Shown: positions 27,291-41,600, counted from the first letter of the stretch. The stretch is DNA of 64,000 bases from Camelus ferus (GCF_009834535.1 NC_045697.1:71364001-71428000); one strand, 5' to 3'. Made by a program: numbers and translations. The notes: a model not told the origin generated them from the sequence alone.

Positions 27291-29809
27291 CTTGCATTAC
27301 TTCTCTAGTGGGGAGGGACCGTATTTGCCACCAAAGCTATTCTGTGATGACAGCCGTATGTAATACAGGGGCACATCTGCACATATGTGGATGCATGGCT
27401 ATGTTGAGGTGTTCTGTTTGCAAGCAACAGACTGACTCTTAAATCACTTAAGGGAACCACAGCATGTCTAGACAGAATGGCAGGGCTTGTGCAGAATGGG
27501 TGGGCAAGCTGGAGAAGCCAGTGGAGGAACTGGGTCTGCTCTGGGGACTTCAGCATCAGAGGCTTGTTTATTTCTCATTAGACATTCGGTCACTTGGATT
27601 TCCATTCAGATTTTCACCTTTCCTAGTGAGAAATTCTTAATAGCTTCAGCCCTTGTCCGTGAAGGTCAAACAGATTATGTGACATGTGAGAGGTGGTGTT
27701 AACAACGTTGATATGATAGCTGAGGGGATGACTGTTACTTCTGTATATGACATGTATACATAGGCATATCTGTGGAAGCGTACATATATGTTTATATACA
27801 CAAGTATACGTTATATTTGTATTTGGTTCGGGTAAACTATAGCAACTAAAATACAGCAGACAGGTCTGGTTATTCTTGGTTTAAGATTTTTTTTTTTAAT
27901 CTGGGATGTATTCCTTTAAGTATTATTAAGACATGTATGAACTAGATGAGCTAAAAATAATATTTGACAGTAAAGACTTTCCTGCCCAGGGTGAGTAAAT
28001 CTAGTCCCTAAAGCACAAGCTCGAATCTTAAACCTGAACGAGACCTAATGTTTTCAGGGGATTTATATGTAACACTTAGCTATACAAAGTACTAGGCAGA
28101 CTGTTAATTTCTTTCACATCAATTTATCAGTTTTTCCTCATAAAATGAACAGAAGAGCTTAATCCAGGAGAAAACACAGGAGCCGTACTAATGCTTCTAA
28201 TTTAATGAGACTGGATTTTTCAGTAAAAAGGTTTCGGGCATTTCAACAACACTTGGAGACTTTGCTATATGTTTCAGCCTTCAGATACCTCAGAATTATA
28301 TCATAGACACAAATTTAGTTGCTTCCTCAGATATATTACTTAAGTTCCCCTTCTAATCTCTAGGAACAGGTTGTCACATTTTGTAGAAAGGAAGAATGTA
28401 GCATAATTGACACTGAGATCTGTTTGGCTACACACTGGGAGGGACCACGTTTACCAGTTTCACCATCTTCTATCATTCTAGTTGCTTCTTCCTGTAGCTT
28501 AATTGATAGGTGCAAAACCAGAAACATCTGCCCCTGGCACATACAGTGAGTTTTCTTCAAACACAAAATTATTTGAAGACAATTTAAGAAAGGAGTGGAA
28601 ATGAGTTAGTGTCCATTAAATTTTGGGGAGATGTAGGGAAGAGATGGAACCCTGTGGAAAGATTGTGTGTTTTTCCTCATGGGCAAGAGCACACGGCTCT
28701 GCTCATCTGAGCTGTGAGAGGAGATATCATTAGTACCTGATTTCTCATCATTTATATAGATTGTGCTGATTATCAAAACAAGCCTCACAAGGAAGTGAGC
28801 AAGAATTATGATGTGTCAATTTCATGTTAAGGAACCTGAAAACACAGAATTTTGTGCCCCAGAAACATCCATCCAGTATGCCAAGCAAATGCCTAGAACT
28901 TGAAACCTACAGCCAGAATTTCCCTTGGTACAGCTCCTGCTGCTTTTTCCTACTTGCATTTCTGAAAAACTGCAAGAAAGCAAGGTGCCAGTCAGAGTAT
29001 AACTGCCCTTTGAGATACCATGTCCCTTGAGGCTCTGCTTTCTAGGATGTGCTTTTGATGAGAGTACTGCATTTTCTGAGGACTTCTGAGTTAGTGACTA
29101 GTAAAAAATAGGTGCTTGTCAAGGCAAACTTTAGTTGAATAGAGTTGATTTCTGAGAGCTCTGTGTAAGGGAGGAGGTGGCTAACTCCCTTAGCCAAGTT
29201 TTACAGTTGTCACATGTGGGAGTTTCCAGAATCTTAAAAGGCAGTGAAAGCATCCTATATGTAAACTGTGTTTTAAGTAGGTGAAGAGTTACATCATCTA
29301 TAAAGGGAAAGGGAAGAAAATACTCATATTCCTTCTATCTCAGTTGAAATTGCAAAATATCCAGAAGCCCATAAACTTCCCACTTCATACACTCTTGCCA
29401 AGAGTGCTGGCCCTGGATTGCATCTTCCTTCCCCAGACAGTAGCCCCAGGAGGAGAGCTGTTCTTGCAAATGGCCCAGCCTGCTACCCTACCAGTGGGGG
29501 AGCAGACAGTCTTTCTTATGCACAGTCCTTTTGTCCTTCCAGATGGATGTGGTGTATGATCTAAGTCCCAGATATAAAAATAGTGTACTTATTATGGAAT
29601 TTTATATAATCTGGCTTTTCACCTGCCAAAGGGTGGGAGTGCAAACAATTCCATTCTCAGAAGGGGAACATCTCCATGGAAATGGACTCTATCCATTGTC
29701 TCCCTGTAGGGTGGCCTGAAGAATAAAAGGGCATCTCTGAATCCACTATACCATGGTCACTGTAGCACAAGAAGACACGTAAATAAATGCAAAACAAGTG
29801 TAGCTGTGG

Positions 29810-30055
29810 TACAGACTCCAAGAGCATAAAGTAGTTGTTAAGAATTCAAACTTGGGTATCCAGCTAAGTCTAGGCTGTCACCTACTAGCTAGCAGTGCAA
29901 TGCTAGGCAATTAATTTAGCCTCTCTAAATCTTAGTTTCCCTGTAGGTGCAGGTGATATCATGTGTTACATACGTAGTTGAGAGGATAAATACATAAAAC
30001 AAATAGTGTTATATCTAGCAGAAAATCATAATAATTAGATTATTGTTGTTGCTAT
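29810..30055 (+). mobile_element. MIR
   Basis: ctaggcaattaatttagcctctctaaatcttagtttccc core. Confidence 0.65.
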
Positions 30056-30741
30056 CAGCATGACTATATTAAAATTAGGAGATGAAATCTAATGTCCACT
30101 CTAAGTCTGTTGGTCACCCTTATTATACCCCCACACACGTGGTCTTTGTGTGCGTTGTATAACACTCTCCACTCTCTAAGTGATTTGTCGAACCACGATC
30201 ACTATTGATTGCACTGCTGTATATGTTGTTATCTGGTTTAATTGAGCATATTGCTAGAGTGTTTTATAAATTAGCTTGTGGCTCTTTTAATTTCTGTTCT
30301 TAAAAGTTTGGAGGACACAAAATCTGTGAAACTTTGACCTGTTGGTTTATTATTATTTATTATTATTAAAATCTTTCAGCTACACATTACATATCCTGTT
30401 AGCCCTTTGTGAAAACTTAGCTCACTGAATGTTACAACTTCCTGTGAAATAAAGAGGACAAATTGCCATCTCTGTAGGGAAAACAAGTGTGGAAGCTGTG
30501 GGTCAAAATAAGAATTGGAAACAGAATTAGTAATAGTTCCTGAGGCCCCAGACTAGGTTCAGTTTTCAAGGCAGTAAAACAATGATCACCCAGTTTTTTC
30601 TTCCAGGATCTGTTTCTGCATTCTAACTAGATTCAGTGGAGCAACTTTCACCATTCATCTTCTCTTTCTCAGATCTTTCCACTAAGTCCCAGGAATCTGA
30701 TCTTTGTTTCCTCCTTAAGGTTCTTCAGTTGTTACCTTATT

Positions 30742-30837
30742 TATTTATTTACTTTTAACAGAGGTACTGGGGATTGAACCCAGGACATTGTGCATGCTGA
30801 GCATGTGCTCTACCACAGAGCTATACCCTCCCCCCAT
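30742..30837 (-). mobile_element. tRNA-Ala-derived SINE (vic-1-like)
   Basis: gaggtactggggattgaacccaggac...gagctataccctcccccc; 13/14 TSD gttgttac(c/t)ttatt at 30728-30741 and 30838-30851. Confidence 0.93.
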
Positions 30838-31864
30838 GTTGTTACTTTATTGAGGCAATGCTCTTCAAACCTTCCATAACCTTTGGCCTGGAAAATTACT
30901 AAAAATTACAAGATGAGGGTGGAAAAGGAATGGCAAGAAAAGACATTAATTGGCCAGAAAATATTAGAGAAAAGATATTCACAAGTCAGGATGATAGAGA
31001 ATGGAAGGATGCAGATGTCACACACTTAATTATGATAACATGATACCAAATTCAAAAACTACAAAAAAATGCATAGTAAAAATGTATCATATCTCTGTCT
31101 AGCCACCTAGATTTTTTCCCCAGAAGCAAACTGTGATTAGTTTCTTATATACTTAAACATACTTCCACATTTATGTCTTTTTTTAAAACTGTGTTAACAA
31201 ATGGTAAAATACTGTATGCTCTGTACTGCACCTTATTTCTTTCACTCAGAATATATAACTTGGGGATTATGCAATATTAATAACTAAAAATCTCCCTGTA
31301 ATATTCTATACAGTATGAAAGTTTTCAAGAGTCACTGTAATGGGCAGAGGTAAAGATCTGGTGTCAGCAAGAGGGCATCATAAACACTTGTTTGGAACAG
31401 AAGTTAAAGGCCAGGTAGATAATAAGCAATCAAAATGTAGAAATAAAGCATAGTGGCTACTGTTATGCACTAGTAAGAATTAAGAGTTGCATTTTGCTGA
31501 TACTAAATTAGCATGGTTAAAGATAGCATGTATTTTCTCACTGTTGGCATGTAGAAGACAGCAAAGCATGGTGTGAGCAGGGGCACCACAAGGGAACTCC
31601 CAGAAAGAAGGTATGTTCCACTCTTTCCTTAGAGGAGACTGTAACAATAAGTAGCAGTACTACAACTTTAATGGGAGAACCAACATCTTTGGACCCTAGA
31701 GAACTGTGGTCTAATTATTTGAGGATTTCTTAGAGGGGATAAGTACTAACACCTGGACTAGGTTTTATCTGAGGCTGGCAACTCCGTTCTTTTCTTTTAT
31801 TCAGACCAAAATACTTGGAATCATCTTTGACTTAGAGTTTGCTTTCTTTAAAATTAAAAAAAAA

Positions 31865-32216
31865 ATTCTTAATTGGGGTTAAGTACGTATATTCTGAAAG
31901 CTACTATCTTAACCATTTTAAATGTGCAGTTCAGTAGTAGTGAGCACGTTTACACTGTTGCGCAACTGATCTCCAGAACTCATTTCGTCTTGCAAAACCA
32001 AAACTTTATATCCCTTGAGTAACAACTCTCTATTTCCCTCCCCCAGCCATGGCAAGCACCCTTCTACTTTTTGTTTCTGTGAACTTGACTACTGTAGGTA
32101 CCTCAGATCCTTGGAGTTACATAGTATAGTCTTTTTGTGACTGGCTTATTTTACTTAGGTTCGTAAGGTACATCCATGTTGTAGCATATGCCAAATTTTC
32201 CTTCCGTTATAAGGCT
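31865..32216 (-). mobile_element. L1MB-type 3' end
   Basis: ttcagtagtagtgagcacgtttacactgttgcgcaac...ccagaactcatttcgtcttgcaaaacc...catccatgttgtagcat. Confidence 0.85.
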
Positions 32217-32229
32217 GTTTGTGTGCTTT

Positions 32230-33020
32230 CTTTTGGACTTACTTTTCTTTCTCACAATCTACATCCACTTTTTCTGAACTCCTTTGCATCTACCTTCACA
32301 GTTAATGCGGAGCCTGGCCTCTTCTCATTGCTGCTGCTGCCACCACTCTGGTCCCAGCTGCCAGTGCTTCTCTCCTGGGATTTCTGCAGCTTACTCCCTA
32401 TCTTCTCTTTTCAGCCCAGCATCTATAGCGGTCTTTTGAAAATCAAGTCATCCCTTTGCTCAAAGTCCTGCAGTGTCTCCTCATTTTGCTTAGAGAGGAA
32501 ACCAAGATCCATGCCTCATACTGCCAAGCCTGGGAAGCCTGATAGTTCACCGTCACCAGCTTTGCCTCCTACCGCCCTCCCTGCCCAACCACCCCTCCAC
32601 CCACATCTTACTTGTTCTTCTGTGGACTGGCAGGCAAGATCTAACAGCAGTGCCCTTGCACTAGCATCTCTCTTGCCAGAGATCTCAGTATGCTAACTCT
32701 ATTATTTTCTTTAAGCATTTTGTCAAATGTAAGCTTAAAAAAAACCCAATCTGATCACCTTATTGAAAGCACAGCCCACCCTGCCACACACACTCCCTTA
32801 CCCTCTTTACCCTTCCTTTCTTCCCCCTTCCTTTCTTCCCCCTGACAATTAATGACTTCTGAGTTGTTTCATAACATATTTATTGTTTTAATAGTTTATT
32901 GTTTGGCCTCCTCTGGTAGATACATACCTTTACCTGCTTTGTTCATGGATGTATCCCAAACATTGAGAGCCATGCCTGGAACAGAGTGGACGGTTACCAC
33001 ACGACTGAATGTATTCACTG
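32230..33020 (+). mobile_element. L2 3' region
   Basis: ctttgctcaaagtcctgcagtgtctcctcattt; gtatcccaaacattgagagccatgcctggaacagagtgg tail. Confidence 0.75.
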
Positions 33021-33199
33021 GGAAGATCACCACTTCCACTGAAAGCAGGTTGGGGTGGTGCTTTAATAGTTCATATAGGACCGTAACAATATGTGAGTAA
33101 AGAGGGAAGCCACCAAAGTGTCCGTATTTCTAGTCTGTCCCCATCTTCCCCGACATTTTCACACCAACAGAGTTTGTTTTTCAGGGCCCACCAGGAAGG

Positions 33200-33370
33200 A
33201 GTGTGGAGGCTGGAGTCTAACACTCTCCAAATTCTAGTTAGTCTTTTTACACTTCAGAGTCCTCATCTATGAAATGGGGATATTATCAAATGGATATTCC
33301 TCAAAGGTTATGAAAATGAAACAGGATAATGCATGTAAAATGCTGAGCACTTGATAAATTACTTCTTGGT
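33200..33370 (+). mobile_element. MIR
   Basis: cctcatctatgaaatggggat...gataatgcatgtaaaatgctgagcac. Confidence 0.7.
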
Positions 33371-33470
33371 AAATACAATTATAAAGCACTTGAAGACAGT
33401 GGATTTAGGATGTTATGCATTACTCTGTACTCTCATTTATGATTTTAATTTGCTTAATAAAATTCTTTTT

Positions 33471-33614
33471 TTTTTATTCATGTATAATCAGTTATAATGT
33501 GTCAATTTCTGGTGTACAGAGTAATGTTTTAGTCATACATGTACATACATATATTTATTTTCATATTCTTTTTCATTATAGGTTACTACAAGATATTGAA
33601 TATAGTTCTCTGTG
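33471..33614 (-). mobile_element. Very short L1 3' end with 15-bp TSD
   Basis: aatgtgtcaatttctggtgtacag...ggttactacaagatattgaatatagtt; TSD aataaaattcttttt at 33456-33470 and 33615-33629. Confidence 0.93.
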
Positions 33615-34011
33615 AATAAAATTCTTTTTAGGTAGGTAGTATAAAGTTAAAATTTGAACTCAGTACTGAATTATCAAGAACTCTGAGATATTAGGATATG
33701 AATTATTTGACCATATTGTGAATTCTCAGAAGTTAAGTCTGTATTTAAGTGAAAGTATAAAACATGATATATAATCAAATATAGAAGAATTTCGATCATC
33801 TATGTAGCTTTTCCATAGTACTGATTATCATGATACGACTCATTATACCTCTAACTCAATGATATTTTCTCCAGAAAATTACTACAAATAGATTATGAGC
33901 TTTTCATAGGTTCACCTTTCAAATAATACTTTATTACTTGACATTTATTTTCTATTTTTAACAAAGCTTTTCTCTTTGCTAGGTTATCTGAACTATACTA
34001 GTTAAATTTTT

Positions 34012-34276
34012 GTGTATATTTATTTTATTGAAGTATATTCAGTTTATAACTTTGTGTCAGTTTCTGATGTACAGCATAATGCTTCGGTCATACATGAACA
34101 TATTTATATTCATTTTCATATTCTTTTTTACCATAAGTTACTACAAGATATTGAACATAGTTCCCTGTGCTATGCAGTATGCACTTCTTGTTTATTTTAT
34201 ATTTATATTAGTTAGTATCTGTAAATTTCAAACTGCAAAACTCAAATTTATCCCTTCCCACCCGTTTTCCTCCCCC
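34012..34276 (-). mobile_element. Short L1 3' end with 12-bp TSD
   Basis: ttttattgaagtatattcagtttataac...gttccctgtgctatgcagta; TSD agttaaattttt at 34000-34011 and 34277-34288. Confidence 0.93.
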
Positions 34277-36269
34277 AGTTAAATTTTTAAAATTTAATAT
34301 TTCCAGCTAGCTTCAGTTTATCAGTTACACATCTGAATTAAGCTCTTGTACTAGATTTTAATTACCTTTTGGGAACAAATATTTTCAAAATTGTTTAGTA
34401 ACTCTTGATATTGTGGTGATTTCTTCAAGAACATCTTTTCATTAAGTGTGGAGGTTTAAACCCATTGGAAATCACCCTTTTTGTTATATGAATCTGGCTT
34501 CAGTTTTTGAACCCATTACCCTAATGTTCAGTGCTTTTTCCCATTTTGAAAACTCATTTTGTGTGTGGGTATTTGAAATGATTAGAGATATTACTAAGAA
34601 AATGACCAATAAGCCATAAACTGCTCAACTTATTACTAGTATAATTTATTTCTTACTGGGAAAGCTTCATTTTAGATTACTTTGGAAGAGAAGATGAGTG
34701 TATATGTAGCAGTTCCCTGAGTGTATGGACTCGCTGCCCTGCCTATAATTTATTTAGAGTTTCTGCCCTTGCTGTTGAATAAGTGTGAAATTCAGGCCAT
34801 TGTGTTTAAAAATGTAGTTCAGGAATCTGAGGTTTCAGTAGAATCAGATAAAGAAACCTGAGAAGTGTACTCCAGAGGGAAGTGTTCATTTCATTCTCCC
34901 TGCTTGCGTGAGAAAGCAGTCTACCACATGCACATCTACAGCTTCACTAGCATGTGAAACAGCTTTTCTTTGGGAAAAAGACCAAGGAAAGCATTCTGCA
35001 AACAGGCTTCCCCAAACAGGGTACACTCCATCTCTCTACCAAGGCCGAATGAATTCAACCCAAACCAAGAACTTAACAAACTGTGTCTGCCCAGGGCAAT
35101 TTTTAACTTGAATTTGAACTTTTCATCATTTTCTGATGCCTCCAGAGGATTTCTGAATCAGTTACAGGAGATTTTGGCCAAACTGTCCTATATAAAACAT
35201 CTTTTTAAACATGTTAAACAAAGACAAAAGAGGCACATGGCAGAACAGCATTCTGTGACTTTCTTTTGGCTAGAAAGGATGGTCCTGTCCCTTCCTGTCT
35301 CTTAAGGAAGGTTCCAGATGATCATGGAAACTCATTTTAGGTACACTTTGGAGTGCCTTTTTACACCTTTGGTGATAAGTGGAGTGATAGTACAGCCTAT
35401 TTTTCTTTGCTTTTCAGTGAGATTAATAGCTCTCCTTGAATGTTTCTAAAACTTGTAAGAAGAAGGTGTTTTCGAGCAGCTCTTAAGATTTATAAGACTA
35501 TAGAAAAGCTTAGTTAGTTGTCTTTTATAAATACTTAAAAAATCTTTGGATCAAAGGAGCATTCATAGAAAACATGTTCATATTTTTATTTTGGTTTATA
35601 AGAACTCTTTGTGGTAAATAAGAGAAAAACAGAAAATAAATGTGAAATATTCTCTTCCTTGAAAACAAATGTTGAGGATGGGAACACATTCTAGAAATGA
35701 ATGAGGTAAGGTGGAAGCAGTAAGCCTTTGCGTCTTTTTATTTCTAAGCCAATGATAGTTGTCATTGTTTACTGTGAACTCATGGGGCCCATGCAAATAG
35801 GATGTGGCTCTGGGTTATGTAAGAAGAGGTGTTCATGGATGATTAAAACTCACCTGATGAACCTCACAAAAGAGGACATGACATAGTTCTGTTTCTGGGG
35901 AAGTTTCACAGTGCTACATGGGGAGTCGCATTGCATCCAAATGTCTCCTTAAACGAGAATGTACTTTTTGCCCAATCAGTAAATTATTCTTCCTGACAAA
36001 ATTGATGGACTATAACCCCTTCCCTCACTGTGGTGCAGATAGAATAATGCAATAGAAAAGATACAGAGACTAGAATTACCAGTTCACGGTGGAGAGACAT
36101 AAAAGCACACCACCATGGTAGAAACCAAGAGAAAAAACATTTCCCAACATAAGTGGCAGATTTGCTTGAAAGAAGTAGCACAATATAAGGGTTAAGGACC
36201 ATGACATTAAGATCAGTCAGAAGCATTTACATTCCAACATACAGATTTAGGCAGAACCTCAAAGCCTCC

Positions 36270-36410
36270 ATGTCCTCTTCAATGCATTGGAAAAATAAAG
36301 ATAATTAACTAACTCACACAGTTGTGAGAGTTAAGTATGGTAACGCACGTAGAGAGCTTAATGAAATGCCAAGCATGTAAGTGCCTGAGAGTTTGCGGCC
36401 GCTATCATTT
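36270..36410 (+). mobile_element. MIR 3' half
   Basis: ctcacacagttgtgagagttaag...aagcatgtaagtgcct. Confidence 0.65.
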
Positions 36411-37479
36411 GCCCCCAGCTAATCACTGTTAAATAAAGTCTTTTAAATTTTAAATTTTGAGCGAGCACGTATGTGATACCTGAAAGCAAAAGCTTTTCCA
36501 TCAAGAAACAACACTGAAGTGTGTACCAGTAAAGGAAAAGGAACATGTGGTAAACAGAGTGTCATCAGATTTAGGAAGAAAAACAGCCTGGCCTGAACTG
36601 GAGACAGGATTAAAGATTTTCACAATTTTCCTACAAATTAATATAAGATTTGTCCTTATTTTGTTGTCTAGATATATGACAAAATAAACTGCAGAGTGAC
36701 CTATAGATGTTTCTCATTCTAAAGTATGTATTCATTTATTCTCAGCTCTTATTCTTCACCTGTCTTGAGTTAATAAACATTTCCAGTCTGGAAGACCCGT
36801 TCTGTTGGGTTCTGTACACTTGCTCCGGTCTAGATGTTGGAGCCCAGAAAGAGGAAGAGCTAAAAAGTCACATTCCTTTATAGGAATTTTGCCTTAGCAA
36901 ACCTCTATTCTATCTACCTGAGTATGCGTTATATATACACATTTATTGGTCTTAAAATACTATGTTCTTAAATATAGCTAAATATATTATTTCAGACTTC
37001 TTTTGAATTTTCATTCAATACCCTGAGACTCCAAGGAAACAAAAGAAAAAAAGTCCCCTCTCTCTGTTCAGCTCTCATCATCTTTCTGACCAGAGGAACT
37101 GGCGAAAGAAGTGTTGGATTTGTTTCTGTCTCTGATCACTTACTTTTTGGCTATAGAGCCCCTTTCAAGGGAGGCAGTGTTCTTGGATCAGTCAGGTTTG
37201 GATGGGGAAGCAGAAGCCACTCTCGGTATATGTAGTGGAAAGAAAATTAATATATGTAAAGAATTTGAGGCTTAGATAATTATTGGAATAGTTGTGAAAG
37301 CAAAGATCCAAAAGGCCCCTTTGAGGCATTCTGGAAGTGTAGGATTTCATGGAAGCCACCAGCACTGATTCTAGTTGCCAATAGAGCTGAAATAGAAGTA
37401 TCATGAAATGTCCATGGTACAAGTGAGCCAGACCTCATCTGGTTTTCCTCTCCGGATCGTGTCTTCATCTTCCCTTTCC

Positions 37480-37918
37480 TACTTTCATTCCCAGGAGGCT
37501 GACTTGAATGGACTATGTTGGTGGTCCTCCTTGTCTTCTAGCTCCCAGTTGGGACTGACCAATGAGGAGTAACAACACGGGATCAGGGGTGGGGAGAAGA
37601 GTGAGGTTGGGGTGATGATTCTCCTTCCTCCCTTCCTTCAAAGTCACTTCAGATGTCTCTAATCCTTAACTGCAGCTGTTTTCAAGTTAGCCTCTTCTCT
37701 CAATAGACTCCTTCCAGATTTTGGTAACTGTGCCTTCTTCATCGTTTCAGGCTGAGGGATAACAGCCCTTACTAATGCTAGGACCCTGGGCTCTTCCTTG
37801 TGGTTCCACTACATCCTGCAACATTTTTTGGAAATACTCCTTTAGTAAATAAACACTCCATGAATTATTCTAACGTGAGTGTGCCAACTATTTTCTATTG
37901 AATAGCTGAGTGATGTCT
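37480..37918 (+). mobile_element. LTR33-like ERVL LTR
   Basis: ccaggaggctgac...ttctagctcccagttgggactgaccaatgaggag...gtgagtgtgcca; AATAAA near 37848. Confidence 0.7.
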
Positions 37919-38477
37919 AATTTATACCATAAATGTTCCCAAGAAATGCACCTTAAATATGGGTGTGTGGAATTGAGTGATTTATATGTAATGGAGTTCA
38001 GAGATAACCTCCTTGCCAGGATGAAAGGGACATGGGTAATCCATGGCATTTGCTAAAATCTCCCTTTCTCACTTTGTCACTCTTGAGAGCATAAGATAAG
38101 GTACAAGTGACAGGCAGAATATGGATGGATTGGCTGAGAAATTTGGCTGTTTTATAAACAATGAAGATTATGAGGACTGTGGAATCACCCATTTTTGTCT
38201 TTGGGCCTCAGAGAACGTAAACAGAAATTAAGATCCATAACATATAATTAAGGACAGGAGACTGGAAGGCTCCACGACAGCTTTGGAAGATTTCCTCCTC
38301 TCCAGAGATTGCAATCTGTAAGTCTGAGGGTGAGGACTTAAGAGTGGCAGCTCCAATTCAATGCTCAGTCTTGCCCAATCTCTCACTCAAAAGCAGGGAC
38401 ACTGATGGAAAAAAGTAGGTCCCAGAGATGTGGGATTGAGGGCATTTGAGAAGATGTGGGCTGAGGCTGAGATCTTT

Positions 38478-38655
38478 TTAAAAAAAATTTTTTTTTAGTG
38501 AGGGAGGTAATTAAGATTATTTATTTATTTATTTATTTAAATATCACTTATTTTATTTATTTAATATCATTTATTTTAATGGAGATACTGGGAGTTGAAC
38601 CCAGGACCTTGTGCACACTAAGCACATGCTCTGACACTGAGCTGTACCCTTCCCA
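38478..38655 (-). mobile_element. tRNA-Ala-derived SINE (vic-1-like, long tail)
   Basis: ggagatactgggagttgaacccaggaccttgtgcac...gagctgtacccttccc; perfect 17-bp TSD ctgaggctgagatcttt at 38461-38477 and 38656-38672. Confidence 0.95.
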
Positions 38656-41600
38656 CTGAGGCTGAGATCTTTAATCTCCCAATTTGCCCTAAAATTCCCT
38701 TGCTTATGGAGGGAAGGCTCTCCCCTCTCCATCAGCCCCCCTCAATTCTTACACCAGAAGAGCTAATACTGATTCTCCTAAAGGCCCTCCCTGACTACTT
38801 CTCACTGATTTTGATTTGCATTAATAGTTATATACCAACAAAGCCCTAAAACATTAAAAATTATCAATAGCTGTTAAATAAAATATTTTGAGACCTTTGA
38901 TAAAAATTAAAAATGTTTTTGAAAAACTACTAAGATGTCTTTTATGCTACACTATCTTTGGGTTTTCCCAAATGGCCACTAGGTAACACAAAGGTTTCCT
39001 CATTTACCCTACAAAAGAAAGGACCGTAGGAATAACTAGGGTTTGTCTAATAATTCTGCACATTTTAATTAATTCAAAACTGTTATGAAAGCTTTTGCCT
39101 ACCAAACTTAATATGTATTTTTAAAACCCTGAAAAATCAAGGAAAGTTTGTCTTCCTAGTGAATAGGTGAATATAAATGATCTAATGTTACATTTTTCAA
39201 ATAAAAAAATATATTCCTATTTTAGCTCAAAGATGGGTACATTAACTTTGACCCAAGTGCTTTGTTTCCAGGATTCTAGATTCATAAAACTTTTTTTTTT
39301 TTACTCATTTAAAGTCTGGACAAGTATTAGGGTATGACTCAATGACGTGTAAATAGTCAGAAGCTTATTGCTTATTTCAGTCTTTCTTTACGTCAATGAT
39401 CAAGACATAGCCCTTTGACTAAGAGTGATACAGCAATAGAAAAACTTACGAAAACTTCAGTTGATATAGTTATAAAGTACCAAGTAAACGTAATGGTTTC
39501 CCATGTTATACAGACTCTTCTGCTGACAAAATAACCTTAGCATTTTTAGCCAGTTGTCAAACTGTAAAATAGGGTTGTTTTCCCATTCACGTCTAGCTGT
39601 CCATCACAGTGGTGCTCTAAAGCCAGCCACCTCTTTACGTCACTGGAGGAAGGAGAACCGCATGATATTTAACCTCTCGAAGGGAACTGTCCATGCCTGG
39701 TACAGGCCTCTTGGGCAGAGACTTCCTTGGATAATTCTGATTTACTTATGTTTGTGGATGTTTCATTCTTAAAAGGAAAAAATTAAAAATTTCCATGTAG
39801 GTTGTGCAATCACAGATGTGAATTTATCCTTAAAATTTAAGTTTCTCACAGAATTAAATTGATTCACATGGCTAAATTCGTTGCTGTCACTCAGACCTAC
39901 TTCTGAAGAAAAGTAAGACTGAATATTTATACTGTAAGAGATATATAATTTGGGGTTAGTCCATGACTTTGAAATGCCTGGATTATAGAGATTTGCCGAC
40001 CACCACAGAAACCCCTAGAAAATGGATGACAAATTAAAGAAATTAGAGCTTCTTGGCTACTACCTAAAGAGTTGGCCAAAATAAAAATGGAATTTACCCC
40101 AAATCCTTCCTGGCAGAAATAAATTAGCCATGATACTGAATCAACTTTATGGATATTTTAAAGATCGCGTCGAGGGGATTTCCAAGGCATGTCCTTCCTG
40201 CTAATAACAGTCTTGGTGAGCTCATAGATGTAGGACATGGATAGGAATGTAAGCCTCAGGACCCTTTTGAATATCTCTAAATACTCTATAATTAAGTTCT
40301 AATTACTGTTATTTATTTTAGGGGGTAATTTGAAACTTTACCTTGATGGAGAGCTATGGTTGTAATGGTAGAAAAAAAAAAGAATAATGTGATTTTATAC
40401 TCTTATCTTGGGGAATTCCAACTTCTCTCTCCAGTATTAGGGACACACATTTCATTGGCACTGTTGTTTTAGAACTCTGTAGTTTATAATGACTGAGAAT
40501 CTCCATAATCCTTATCATCCCAAATTTCAAGAAAGATGAAGAGAAGCAAGGGAATTCCATAACTATAATTAACAAAGCTGTCAGAAATCTCAAACTATTC
40601 AGGTGTACTGCTAAGAGCCTGGAGGAAAATAAGGTCAATCTTGTCTAGTATCCACAACTTCTCTCCTTTTGAATTAATAACAGGCCTGCCTAATATTTTT
40701 GAAAATTATTTCCAATCCTAGATTCTACTCAGTCAGAAGCTGCTATGACTAATTATTGCAGGAGAATCAAATGATGCCTCTAGCTTTATCACCGAGAGCT
40801 AAAATGTGTATTTCCAAAATGTCTACCTAAGCAGCCTTTGCATGATCTGAAACCTGGAGATCTGGGCTTCAGAAAAAGGCATGAGAAAAATTAAAAATTA
40901 AACTGCCTTCAAGTCTCAATTAAAAAAAATATCTTATTAGATGCTGTTACAACTGACACAACATTAAACTCCAAGGTGTTGTTCTTTGGGTTCATATTTC
41001 CCAAATTAAAAAAATACATACAGCAATTCCTACTGACTGCTGGACATCTTTTCCATCAAGAGAGCTTGAATTGATGATTTTTTAGGAATTCTCCTGAAGC
41101 TGCTGAGTGTATAAGTGGACAACTGCTGCCCAGAATGACGGAACAATCTGCTGACTACAGAAGTAGACAGCTCCTGCTCAAGATGAATGAACAGGATCAT
41201 TTATCTGATTTTTCAGCATTTTTCCCCTTTACCACTAATCTTGCCTATTGTTGTTTTCTTTGTCATCCTCCATTAACTGAAGGTTCTCAGTGTGATCCTC
41301 TTTGTCTTTATCCTGCTTTGGACCCCCCGCTTTGGCCACTTAAGAAAAAGCGAAACTCTCTGGTGGATTTTTCTTAGACTGGAGCTACTGCTCTAATTGA
41401 CTGCTGACAACATTTAGTAACTGTTCTTTTAATTACTTCACATGTAGATTCACTTTTATAGGAACCTCTTGATAACTTAAGTTTACTCCATATATCACAA
41501 ACTTCAGTCTGATAAAAATTAAACTTTGACCTCATGTCAACAGATGCTTCAGCTAAGTTTATTACAACCCTGTGAGTACAACCTGGCTTATCGGGAGGGG

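Noticed and set aside
32223..32696. Longest ORF in the window (157 aa)
   Set aside because: Non-ATG start, lies in a degraded L2, low-complexity Leu/Ser/Pro, no recognisable domain
41086..41377. Protein-like open frame after a possible acceptor (NSPEAAECISGQLLPRMTEQ...)
   Set aside because: Weak acceptor, no convincing donor and no recognisable homology
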